32,000 nucleotides of DNA from Candidatus Kuenenia stuttgartensis (GTDB taxonomy: Bacteria > Planctomycetota > Brocadiia > Brocadiales > Brocadiaceae), in the NCBI RefSeq assembly GCF_900232105.1, contig NZ_LT934425.1:1590001-1622000 (forward strand). The letters are read 5' to 3'. Made by a program: the position numbers and the translations under genes. This document shows positions 9,285 to 17,912 of this stretch, one piece after another; position 1 is the stretch's first letter; each line of letters starts with the position of its first letter. The notes under the pieces are model-generated. The model did no database searches. It was given only the letters and a program-made list of their open reading frames with translations, and was not told where the DNA came from.

Positions 9285-10112
9285 TTACGCGGTTAAAAGT
9301 TTCCGATGGACTAATTTACTAATTCCATTTTCTGCGCTTCGTTGTGTTATCCCCTCTTGCATAGCTTGTTCTATTCGCGCAATAGGGTCGTTCCCAAGGC
9401 CTTTCAGTTGCCGGGTATAATATTCAATCGTTGCGCAAATCCCTGTTGTGGCGTCACAGAGTATCCTGTCGCAATTACTGCTGACGTTGGATGCTATTTC
9501 TGATATCATCTCATGTAAAACCAGTTTTCGGCGGGCCGGTTGTGAAAGAAAGGAGTGCAGAATGGAATGAAACTTATTACCAGAAGTTGTCGTATGCTCC
9601 TGGACTATGCAATAAAAATTACCATCCTTGTATATATCCATAGAATATTCAAATTGGCCCATAGGTATCTCAAAGAGGATTTCTAAGGCTGTTTCAAACT
9701 CACGGATCATGTCTCTGGTATGCCGCAGAAGATGGTCGACAGTCTCTTGCATATTCTTTAAGATTGCCCTCTCAAAGTCATTTTGAAACACATCAAACCC
9801 CTTACCAATTTCCTGCTTGATAATTTTCTGCATTTCATTTCTCAAAACGGTGGAATTGGTATCCGGACTTTTTCCAAAAAAATCATGGAGACATTGCTTT
9901 GTCCTCAGTATTTCCTTTTCCTCAAAATCCTTTACCATTTCCTTTGCCTTTAAGCACAACATACCCAATTTGTCCTCGATCAAATACAAAATATTTTCCT
10001 TATCCTGTTTTAGGGTTGCGGCAAGGTGGCGGAAGGTGTCAAACACATTTTTCACGTCTTCCCAAGATGCATCTCGTATTTTTTTCTCAATAATGCCAAT
10101 TGCTTTTTCCAT
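9285..10112 (-). CDS. GTPase-less dynamin-like protein (paralog of the C-terminal stalk region of 10333..12135)
   Basis: 275 aa; e.g. 'FGKSPDTNSTVLRNEMQKIIKQEIGKGFDVFQNDFERAILKNMQE' vs 'YEKNPEFSPTVFRDEMQKVIKEEIVRGFDVFRKDSEQVISNNMQE'. No P-loop. Confidence 0.8.
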   Translation of the reverse strand: MEKAIGIIEKKIRDASWEDVKNVFDTFRHLAATLKQDKENILYLIEDKLGMLCLKAKEMVKDFEEKEILRTKQCLHDFFGKSPDTNSTVLRNEMQKIIKQEIGKGFDVFQNDFERAILKNMQETVDHLLRHTRDMIREFETALEILFEIPMGQFEYSMDIYKDGNFYCIVQEHTTTSGNKFHSILHSFLSQPARRKLVLHEMISEIASNVSSNCDRILCDATTGICATIEYYTRQLKGLGNDPIARIEQAMQEGITQRSAENGISKLVHRKLLTA

Positions 10113-10193
10113 ATCTCCCTCCTATAAAAATTCGACAAGGGCATTATTTCTTTTGCTTATATTTCAATTTGGAAATATAACGGCATAACAAAA

Positions 10194-10228
10194 AACCCCT
10201 TGTCAAGACTAATGCTCCGACAAGAGAT
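10194..10228 (-). terminator. Second terminator-like hairpin in the leader of the 9285..10112 gene
   Basis: Minus-strand RNA CUCUUGUC...GACAAGGGG followed by UUUUUU. Confidence 0.6.
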
Positions 10229-10235
10229 TTTCCCC

Positions 10236-10274
10236 AATAAAAACACCTGTCGAAGCAAGACTTCAATAGGAGTT
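10236..10274 (-). terminator. Candidate riboswitch expression-platform terminator (copy A)
   Basis: Minus-strand AACUCCUAUUGAAG-UCUUG-CUUCGACAGGUGUU followed by UUU; its 5' strand overlaps the aptamer 3' segment AACUCC. Confidence 0.65.
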
Positions 10275-10314
10275 ATCAGCTATCACATAGCAATCAGGCG
10301 AACTCCATCGCCTC
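10262..10314 (-). ncRNA. Fluoride (crcB-type) riboswitch aptamer, copy A
   Basis: Minus strand AGGCGATGGAGTTCGCCTGATTGCTATGTGATAGCTGATAACTCCTATTGAAG: P1 AGGCG/CGCCU, hairpin GCUAU-GUG-AUAGC, long-range GGAGUU/AACUCC, conserved GCGAUG and UGAU segments. Confidence 0.82.
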
Positions 10315-10332
10315 TTTATTCAGAACCACACC

Positions 10333-12135
10333 TTATACCATTACCATGTTTATTTGCTCCTGCTTTACGTCAACCAAATTAATGGCATCCCAAATATTTG
10401 TCAGTTTTCCTTTGTGTTCTTCCAGCTTCTTAGCCTTGCTTGCCAATAACTCTAACTCAATCCGTACAAACTCATCGCCCGCCTTTCGTCTCTCCTGACC
10501 CTTTTGAATAGCTTGTTCAATTTGCTCTATAAGGTCGCTTCCAAGGTCTTTCAATTGTTTTGCATAGTAGTTAATGGTCTTGTGAATCCTTGTTGTAAGG
10601 TCTGAGCGTGTTCTGCCGCAATTCCGGCTTACATCAGAAGACACCCTTTCCATCATCTCATGAAAAACCATCTTCCTGCTCATAGATTTAGGCAGAAAAG
10701 TACGCAGAATAGACTTAACTTCTTCTTCGGTAGGCGCCGTATATTCCTGCACCATATAATAAAAGTTATTGTCTTTCGTCAGTTCCACTGCAAATTCCGT
10801 CGTGTCCATAGCTACCTCAAAGAGTAGCTCGGCAGCCGTTTTAAACTCACGTATAATATCGTTGGAACGTTTCGTAAAACGGTTAAAGGCCTCCTGCATA
10901 TTATTAGAAATCACCTGCTCGGAATCCTTTCTAAACACATCGAATCCCCTGACAATCTCTTCTTTGATAACCTTTTGCATCTCATCCCGAAAAACTGTTG
11001 GACTAAACTCAGGATTTTTTTCATAGAAATCCACAAGACATTGTTTTATTCTCGCTGTCTCTTTTTCTTCTAAAGACTTTAGCATATCCTCCACCTTCAA
11101 ACACAACTTGTCGGATTCGCCCTTGAGCAGATAAGCAATATCCTCTCTATCCTGTTTCAGGTTTGTAACCAGTTTATAAAAGGTGTTTAGCTTATCCTCT
11201 AATTCTTCACCGGAAGCCTCCAATGTTCTCTTCTCAATAGCTATCTGAGATAATTTCCGGGAGATAAACCGCTGTGTCTTGGATATTGTTGTATTCAGGA
11301 CAATCTTCCCTTTTTCTGAAGAAAGAAAACTCCCCAACGCGTCTGCAAGTTCCAAAAGACCACTCTGTAAAAGCTGAACGTCATTGTTGATTATTTTTGC
11401 CTTCAGTGCTTCTCTGGCAGAAATAGGCCAGATTTTATGCACGGCAAACCCCATCTCCTCTAACACCTGTTTATTAAAGGCGACTATTTCCTCCATCTCG
11501 TTCGAAGTCAGATTATCAATCTTGTTTAACACGAAGAATATCTTCTGTGTGGAATCTTTGATGGTATCAAGGAGTTCCTTTTCCACCTGTGAGATGGGAA
11601 CATCAGCGCTCATAAGGAACAATGCGGCATCAAGGTGGTCTAAAAATCCATACGTCGTTTCCGTGTTATGCAGAAAGGTTGATCCCACTCCCGGGGTATC
11701 GACCAGCATCATCCCCGCTTCAAGAAAAGGTGACGGATATTCAATGATAGCGCATCGCACTCTGCGTACATTTCCTGGATTTTCCTTTTCAGTAACATAC
11801 CGAGGTAATTCCTCCACACTAATTTCCCTTTCACTACCATCTTCCATGAAAATTATACATCTGATTTCATGGCTAAATCTCAGGATCGTCACAATAGAAG
11901 TTAATGGGACTACCGATGATGGGAGGACTTCTTTGCCAATTAAACTGTTGATAAGAGTCGTTTTGCCTCTTTTAAACTGTCCTAAAACCACCAGATTAAA
12001 GCTGTTTGTTACCAACCGTTTCCTGACCATAGCAAGCAGGCCGTCTCCAATCCCAGCATCATTTTTTGACAAGTCCTCTATATTTTCAATTACACTCAAT
12101 ATTTCTTTCTTATGTTCTACAAATTCATCTAACAT
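10333..12135 (-). CDS. Dynamin-family (dynamin-like) large GTPase
   Basis: 600 aa; G1 'GQFKRGKTTLINSLIG', G3 'DTPGVGST', G4 'NKIDNL'; long helical C-terminus. Confidence 0.93.
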   Translation of the reverse strand: MLDEFVEHKKEILSVIENIEDLSKNDAGIGDGLLAMVRKRLVTNSFNLVVLGQFKRGKTTLINSLIGKEVLPSSVVPLTSIVTILRFSHEIRCIIFMEDGSEREISVEELPRYVTEKENPGNVRRVRCAIIEYPSPFLEAGMMLVDTPGVGSTFLHNTETTYGFLDHLDAALFLMSADVPISQVEKELLDTIKDSTQKIFFVLNKIDNLTSNEMEEIVAFNKQVLEEMGFAVHKIWPISAREALKAKIINNDVQLLQSGLLELADALGSFLSSEKGKIVLNTTISKTQRFISRKLSQIAIEKRTLEASGEELEDKLNTFYKLVTNLKQDREDIAYLLKGESDKLCLKVEDMLKSLEEKETARIKQCLVDFYEKNPEFSPTVFRDEMQKVIKEEIVRGFDVFRKDSEQVISNNMQEAFNRFTKRSNDIIREFKTAAELLFEVAMDTTEFAVELTKDNNFYYMVQEYTAPTEEEVKSILRTFLPKSMSRKMVFHEMMERVSSDVSRNCGRTRSDLTTRIHKTINYYAKQLKDLGSDLIEQIEQAIQKGQERRKAGDEFVRIELELLASKAKKLEEHKGKLTNIWDAINLVDVKQEQINMVMV

Positions 12136-12292
12136 GAAACTTCAAATCCTCCGGAAAAACAAACGTAGCTGTTCATCTACTTAATTGAATTAATTAGGTC
12201 TTAGGCGACTTTTAACTGAATAAACAAAACGGGGAAACACATGCAATGCGTCTCTACAAAAACTTTGAAATTCCTATACGTAAATTTAACAG

Positions 12293-12332
12293 AAAAACCC
12301 CTGCCAAAACCATTCGTTTGACAGGGGTTTTT
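12293..12332 (-). terminator. Second terminator-like hairpin in the dynamin leader
   Basis: aaaaacccctgccaaa ... tttgacaggggttttt, one mismatch. Confidence 0.75.
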
Positions 12333-12336
12333 CAAA

Positions 12337-12376
12337 ATAAAAAAACTCCTGCCAGAGGAAATCTTTGACAGGAGTT
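12337..12376 (-). terminator. Candidate riboswitch expression-platform terminator (copy B)
   Basis: Minus-strand AACUCCUGUC...GGCAGGAGUUUUUUU; its 5' strand AACUCC is also the aptamer's long-range pairing strand. Confidence 0.75.
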
Positions 12377-12416
12377 ATTAGCTACAATAGCAGCGATTAA
12401 GCGAACTCCATCGCAT
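12367..12416 (-). ncRNA. Fluoride (crcB-type) riboswitch aptamer, copy B, upstream of the dynamin-like GTPase gene
   Basis: Minus strand ATGCGATGGAGTTCGCTTAATCGCTGCTATTGTAGCTAATAACTCCTGTC: P1 core GCG/CGC, GCUA-UUG-UAGC, long-range GGAGUU/AACUCC, matching copy A and the crcB motif. Confidence 0.82.
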
Positions 12417-12449
12417 ATATATTTGTTCTTATTTCAACAACTGCGGGTA

Positions 12450-12478
12450 ATGATACTCACTCCTTCATCTGTTGTCAA
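12450..12478 (-). promoter_or_regulatory. Sigma70-type promoter driving the riboswitch-dynamin transcript
   Basis: Minus strand TTGACA (12478-12473), 17-nt spacer, TATCAT (12455-12450); start site would be about 30 nt upstream of the aptamer. Overlap with the intergenic region only, before the SMC stop. Confidence 0.65.
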
Positions 12479-12500
12479 ACACATTTTGCCATTCTGCGTA

Positions 12501-15500
12501 TTAAGCAACCTTTTTCTCAATCTCATCAAACTTCACGGCAATCTTTTTTGATACCCCTGGTTCCTGCATCGTGATGCCATAAAGCACATCCGCAATGCTC
12601 ATAGTAACTTTATTATGCGTAATCATGAGAAACTGCGTGTCTCTGGTAAACTCTTTAATAATAAGACTGAACCTGTTGATGTTGCTTTCATCCAGGGCGG
12701 CGTCCACCTCGTCGAGGATGCAAAAGGGGCTTGGTTTTGTCTGAAATACCGAAAACAGCAACGCCACGGTGATCATCACTTTCTCTCCCCCGGAAAGGAG
12801 CGTGATTGAACGAAGTTCTTTGTTGGGTGGCTGCGCAACTATTTCAATTCCCGCTTCGAGGATATCAACGTTCTCCTCCAAAATTATATCTGCTTTTCCT
12901 CCGCCAAACAGCTTCCGGAACATCATTTGAAAATTTTCACGGATTTCATGGAAGGTTTTTTCAAAAGATTCACGGCTCGTATGATTAATTTTTTTTATCA
13001 GATTCAGCAGACTCGTATGCGACTTTTCAAGATCCTCCTTTTGGGTGAGGAGAAAACCCTCCCGGCTTTCAAGGTCTTCCTGTTCCGCAATGGCTTCCAG
13101 ATTCACATTGCCCAAACGCTCCACTTTTCCTTGTAATTCTTCTATTTCAACAGAAACCGCTTCCCAAAATTCCTCCGGTGAAACGTCGGACTGAGCTTGC
13201 TTCTCCTTCAAACTGCTGAGTTCCTGCTCAATTTCTTCACGGTTACTGTGTAGTTCGGAAATTTCAAGTTTATATTCTTCTCTTATCCGTTCCTCAAGAT
13301 TGGTTATACGGATATTATATTCATTTTCTTTAAATCGCAATTCCTGAAGATGCTGTTCTACACTCCCATATTCTGCCTGGTTTCCTTCCAGGGATGTACG
13401 TAATTCCGCGGCATGATAATCATTTCTTTCTATTTCTGCACTCAGATTTTCCGTCCTTTCATCAATAACAATTTTTTCTGATTGAAGCGCCTCAATGTGT
13501 TGTTCCGTATTTTTGATTTCTATTTCCGCATCAAATATTTTCTGCTGACAATTTTTATGCTCATCTGCTATATCCCGAACCTGTTCTTCCATTTCCTGCA
13601 GGTCTGCGGAAAGTTTGTTTAACGTCTCTGCCAGACTGTCTTTTTTCTCTTCTTTCTGTGCAAGCATCACCTTTAAAGACATAATTTCTTCCTGCATTTC
13701 CTTCCTTATAACTTCCTTTTCTTTAACAAGCATCGATGTCTCTTCGATTTGTTCTTTTAATGCTTCATGGCGTTGATTGAGGACTTCCAATCTTTCCCTC
13801 AATAAAATTTCGCGTTCATGGGTGTTTTCTATTTCGCCGTTTATTTCGTCTGATTCCTCTTCGTTCATCTTTTCTTCTGCCAGAAGTTCTTCCTGTTTTT
13901 GTCTGTTTTGCGAAAGTTCATTTTCCTTTGACATTTTCAGTAAATTCAACTGTTCTATCTTTACCGCCAATTGGGCAGTTTTCTCTTCAAGCCCGGTCAG
14001 TTCGCCCACATACGTATACTTTTCCCCCTCAAGCCTCTCCAGTTCCTCCTGTATACGGAGCAATTCATCTTCAATTTTCTCCAATTCACTTCTTCGGGAA
14101 ATAATGCCTACCTGCCCCTGCTTTCTGCCGCCGCTGATTGTCCCGTCCAATTCAAACAACTCTCCATTCAGTGTTACACAGCGAACATTGATGCCTTGGC
14201 TATTCAGCCACATTGCAGCTTCAAGATTTTCAACAACAAGGACATTGCCCAAAAATCCCTCTATTACCTCCCGAATATCTTCCCTGCAATTAACAAGACG
14301 GCTTGCAACGCTAATGACATTTGGTTTTTGTAAAATTTCCTCATTGCGAGAAGATTGCCCATGCATACGGTCTAATGGGAAAAAAATGGCATTTCCTTTT
14401 TGATGTTCCAGTAGAAAGGCAAGCGCCTCTATTGCATTTTGCGTGGTGCTCACAACAATGCCTTGCACCTTATCTCCCAATGCAGCTTCAATGGCAAGAG
14501 CATACTGCAAATCCACCTTCAGCATATCCACAATCATGCCTTGTATACCTTTCAAAACAGAATCTGTTTTCTGCGATTCTCCAACGATACATTTTGCCCC
14601 TGAATCAATACCCTCTGCGCGAACCTCATAGTCCATCAGTACTTCATGTCGCGATTTTTTACTGCTTTGCAATTGTTTTTTTAGGTTAATTTGGTCTTCT
14701 AAGGAACGGATTGTGTTAATAATTTCTTGTATACGGCCTTTTGAAGCGAATAAATTGCTTTCTAAAATATCATACTCTATCGTAATAGTATTTTTTTCAT
14801 CTGCAACGGTCTCATATCTCGATTTCAACATATTCAGAGATGAAGCAATTTCGTCCTGCCTTTTTTGAAGCCTCATCACTCTCCCCATCAATGTTTCTTT
14901 TTCCATAGTCAAACTGCCGATTTCATTCTGTACGCCAGATTCTTTTTGCAGTGTAGCAATAACCTCCGCCTTTTTTTCTTCCATGCCCTGATACAAAATA
15001 TCGCATTCAAGGTTTATTTGTTTACTTGAAATTTCTTTATTCTGATGGTCGTTTTGTACCGTTCCTATATCCCGCGTCAATACGTGTAGCATTTCCTCAG
15101 ATTTTAAAATAGTGTTTTTTGTTTCGCCTATCTTATTTTCCAATGTCTTTTGCTGTTCCAAGAGTCTTTCGCGCCGGGTTTTTAATTCTTTAATACGTTC
15201 GGTATTATATTTTATTTTATCCTCGTCTTTTGATATTTGCGACTCAAGGCTCATTTTTTCCGTCTGTAATGCCGCTGATTGCAGTTCCAATTGTTCCAAG
15301 GCCTCTTCAACTTCATCTATTTGTAATTTAAGAGTATCTATAATAGTGGTTACTTTTTGTCTTTGTTCTTCTATTTGTTTTATTTGTTCAGAAACAGACG
15401 CCTTATTGTCACCAAGCTCTCTGTAATTTTTAAGCGAAAGTCCTACCTTTAGTTTTTTTAATTGTTCTCTGTACTCCTGATATCTTCTAGCCTTCGATGC

Positions 15501-16124
15501 CTGAACTTTTATGGAACGAAGCTGCTTTTGTAGCTCCTCAACAATGTCGCCTATTCGTAACAAATTTTGTTCCACATGTTCTAATTTAGACAAAGCAGCT
15601 TTTTTCTGTAATTTGAATCTGCTGATACCTGCGGCCTCTTCAAACAATGCACGCCTTTCGTGAGCATTCGCTCTGAGTAACGCATCGACATTCCCTTGTT
15701 CAATCACAGAATACGCATTTGAACCAAAGCCTGTATCTACAAAAAGTTCGCGTATGTCTTTTAATCTGCTGGTTTGCTTATTAATAAGATATTCAGATTC
15801 TCCGGAAGCATACAGCCTGCGCGTAATACACACTTCAGTATATTCCAGAGGCAATAGTCCCTTATTGTTCAAAATAGTCAACGATACTTCCGCATAACCA
15901 AGAGAGGGCCTTTTTTCGGTGCCATTAAAAATAACATCCGACATTTCATTGCCTCTCAACGATTTAACGCTTTGTTCGCCAAGCACCCATTTAACAGCAT
16001 CCACTATATTACTCTTGCCGCATCCATTGGGACCGACAATTACATTTATGCCGTCCTCAAAAACAACTTCGGTTTTTTCGGCAAACGATTTAAATCCGAA
16101 CAATTCCAGCTTCTTTAATTTCAT
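12501..16124 (-). CDS. smc: Chromosome segregation protein SMC
   Basis: 1207 aa; Walker A 'GPNGCGKSNIVDAVKWVLGE', signature 'LLSGGEKVMITVALLFSVF', Walker B 'PFCILDEVDAALD', central coiled coils and hinge. Confidence 0.98.
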   Translation of the reverse strand: MKLKKLELFGFKSFAEKTEVVFEDGINVIVGPNGCGKSNIVDAVKWVLGEQSVKSLRGNEMSDVIFNGTEKRPSLGYAEVSLTILNNKGLLPLEYTEVCITRRLYASGESEYLINKQTSRLKDIRELFVDTGFGSNAYSVIEQGNVDALLRANAHERRALFEEAAGISRFKLQKKAALSKLEHVEQNLLRIGDIVEELQKQLRSIKVQASKARRYQEYREQLKKLKVGLSLKNYRELGDNKASVSEQIKQIEEQRQKVTTIIDTLKLQIDEVEEALEQLELQSAALQTEKMSLESQISKDEDKIKYNTERIKELKTRRERLLEQQKTLENKIGETKNTILKSEEMLHVLTRDIGTVQNDHQNKEISSKQINLECDILYQGMEEKKAEVIATLQKESGVQNEIGSLTMEKETLMGRVMRLQKRQDEIASSLNMLKSRYETVADEKNTITIEYDILESNLFASKGRIQEIINTIRSLEDQINLKKQLQSSKKSRHEVLMDYEVRAEGIDSGAKCIVGESQKTDSVLKGIQGMIVDMLKVDLQYALAIEAALGDKVQGIVVSTTQNAIEALAFLLEHQKGNAIFFPLDRMHGQSSRNEEILQKPNVISVASRLVNCREDIREVIEGFLGNVLVVENLEAAMWLNSQGINVRCVTLNGELFELDGTISGGRKQGQVGIISRRSELEKIEDELLRIQEELERLEGEKYTYVGELTGLEEKTAQLAVKIEQLNLLKMSKENELSQNRQKQEELLAEEKMNEEESDEINGEIENTHEREILLRERLEVLNQRHEALKEQIEETSMLVKEKEVIRKEMQEEIMSLKVMLAQKEEKKDSLAETLNKLSADLQEMEEQVRDIADEHKNCQQKIFDAEIEIKNTEQHIEALQSEKIVIDERTENLSAEIERNDYHAAELRTSLEGNQAEYGSVEQHLQELRFKENEYNIRITNLEERIREEYKLEISELHSNREEIEQELSSLKEKQAQSDVSPEEFWEAVSVEIEELQGKVERLGNVNLEAIAEQEDLESREGFLLTQKEDLEKSHTSLLNLIKKINHTSRESFEKTFHEIRENFQMMFRKLFGGGKADIILEENVDILEAGIEIVAQPPNKELRSITLLSGGEKVMITVALLFSVFQTKPSPFCILDEVDAALDESNINRFSLIIKEFTRDTQFLMITHNKVTMSIADVLYGITMQEPGVSKKIAVKFDEIEKKVA

Positions 16125-16713
16125 AACTCTGCGCTACTTTTTTTAATTAGGTTGGGTTTTAAAAAACAAAACCCCGACGGTTTTTATTTTACCTACCCCT
16201 CGATCCTCTCCCGGGAGGTGACATCCAAAGTTCTCCTCATTGACAGGACAAGCGTATTGCATTTCATGTCATAAAACCATGCAAGGATACATGGCCTACC
16301 ATAGGGGCCGCATTGGGTTTGTTAATTGCTTAACTAAAAAGATTGAAATTCCTTAACATCAAATTCTGCCATCTTTGGCAACGACTTTTTAAGGTTCCGC
16401 TCCAAAAAAAGAGGACAGGTTGTATGTAAAGACTTTTCTACCTGCCCTAAACCCCCTTCCATGAGGGGACAGCTAAAATTCCCCTCTCGAGAGGGATAGG
16501 AATATGTTTATTAATTGATTTGTTAAAAAGATTAAAACTTCTTGTGCTAAATTAATCTTTTGGCTAACAGAGACGCGAGGCATTTACATCTCTACAGACT
16601 CGATGCTATTCTGGAATTTTGAAAACCTTCATTCCGTAGCCCACGATTTACTGTTAAAAACGGGCGGGGAGAGGCGGAACACATGATCCTTTAGTTGGCT
16701 AATTAATGACAAA

Positions 16714-16746
16714 GAAGGACGTTCCGATAGAATCGAAACGCCCTTC
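16714..16746 (-). terminator. Probable terminator of the histone H1-like gene
   Basis: Minus-strand GAAGGGCGTTTCGATTCTATCGGAACGTCCTTC followed by TTTGT; G-U pairs favour the minus-strand RNA. Confidence 0.6.
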
Positions 16747-16879
16747 CCCCATTACACATAGATTGGTCCCATACCAATAAAAATACGTATGCAAAACTGT
16801 CTCGTTCCTAATAACCTGTATACATAAATACTTTTGAATACATGTGTCTGCTAAAATATAAATAACATTAAACTGGCTA

Positions 16880-17059
16880 TTACTTTTTCGCCTTCTTTGC
16901 AGCAGGCTTGGCTTTTGCTTTTGTCGTCGTCTTCGCTTTTTCTGTTGTTGTCTTTGCTTTTGTTGCGGTTTTTGCTTTTGTCGTTTTGGTGCCAACACTC
17001 TTTGTAGCTGTTTTTTTTGCTCCTGTTTTTGCGGAAGTACCACACTTCTTTACCGGCAT
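16880..17059 (-). CDS. Histone H1-like Lys/Ala/Thr-rich small basic protein (59 aa), not in the supplied ORF track
   Basis: Manual translation: MPVKKCGTSAKTGAKKTATKSVGTKTTKAKTATKAKTTTEKAKTTTKAKAKPAAKKAKK*, with strong SD 'GAGGGGGTGATATTTAATG'. Confidence 0.8.
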   Translation of the reverse strand: MPVKKCGTSAKTGAKKTATKSVGTKTTKAKTATKAKTTTEKAKTTTKAKAKPAAKKAKK

Positions 17060-17108
17060 TAAATATCACCCCCTCTCATAGATTATTGGGACCAACGGTA
17101 TAATGAAC

Positions 17109-17843
17109 CTACCAATTTCTCGATAAAACTTTTCCTTCATCTCCCCGGACACAGCAATAATTAACATATTTGCCTGCCACCATTGCAAATTCCCTGAGCA
17201 TTTCAAAAGAATAGGGCTTTTCATTTAACATATCCGTATTCAAACAATGATTCGGTTTAAAGGACTGTATGATATATCGTTCTGCACCCCTTATGGACAT
17301 TGAGATATCCTCGATATCATATTGATCCAATTGTGAAGGACAGACCGTAGTACGGAATTCATACTCAATGCCACTCTCCATAATAATATGAATACTATTT
17401 ACAATATCCTCTACATTACAGGGAGTTCCAGCTATTTCTTCATACTTATTTTTACGAAGAGGCGCTTTTACATCCATTGCAATACAATCCAAAAGGTCTT
17501 TTTCGATTAAATCTTTCAATGCATAAGGATTCGTTCCGTTTGTATCTAAGCGCACCAGAACACCAATATCCTTGAATATTTTCAGCAATTCGCCTAATTC
17601 CTTATACATGGTGGGTTCTCCGCCCGAAACAACAACGCCATCTATCCACCCAAAACTTTGCTGTAGTTTTTTCGTTACTGACTCCAAAGGTATTGATTCT
17701 AATTTATTCGGGGTTTGCACCAAATGCGGGGCATGACAATAATGGCAGAGAAAATTGCACGTTGGCAGAAAAATGATGGAGGCAATCTTTCCTTCCCACT
17801 CTAAGAGACTATTTTCAATAAAACCTTTAATTGGTATATTCAT
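17109..17843 (-). CDS. nrdG: Anaerobic ribonucleoside-triphosphate reductase activating protein (radical SAM)
   Basis: 244 aa; 'FLPTCNFLCHYCHAP' radical SAM cluster motif, 'DGVVVSGGEPTMY'; adjacent to nrdD. Confidence 0.9.
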   Translation of the reverse strand: MNIPIKGFIENSLLEWEGKIASIIFLPTCNFLCHYCHAPHLVQTPNKLESIPLESVTKKLQQSFGWIDGVVVSGGEPTMYKELGELLKIFKDIGVLVRLDTNGTNPYALKDLIEKDLLDCIAMDVKAPLRKNKYEEIAGTPCNVEDIVNSIHIIMESGIEYEFRTTVCPSQLDQYDIEDISMSIRGAERYIIQSFKPNHCLNTDMLNEKPYSFEMLREFAMVAGKYVNYCCVRGDEGKVLSRNW

Positions 17844-17912
17844 TCAAAAAATCTAAATAAAAATTTGAAAAACATCACCACTACCGCTGCCATGTTAAAT
17901 AAAGCTCGTATT

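Noticed and set aside
11384-12184. 266-aa plus-strand ORF
   Set aside because: Antisense to the dynamin GTPase domain; composition typical of a reverse-frame artefact.
12287-12420. Interpretation as ordinary tandem terminators of smc only
   Set aside because: Does not explain the upstream promoter, the structured crcB-like aptamer, or the repeated arrangement before the second dynamin-like gene.
13777-14403. 208-aa plus-strand Ser-rich ORF
   Set aside because: Antisense to SMC coiled-coil sequence; Ser/Phe-rich product reflects the reverse complement of Glu/Lys-rich codons.
16699-17043. 114-aa Gln/Lys/Arg-rich ORF
   Set aside because: Frame shadow of the 59-aa Lys/Ala/Thr-rich ORF, which has the better ribosome binding site and composition.
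16851-17069. 72-aa Asn/Ser/Lys-rich ORF
   Set aside because: Also a shadow frame of the histone H1-like ORF.
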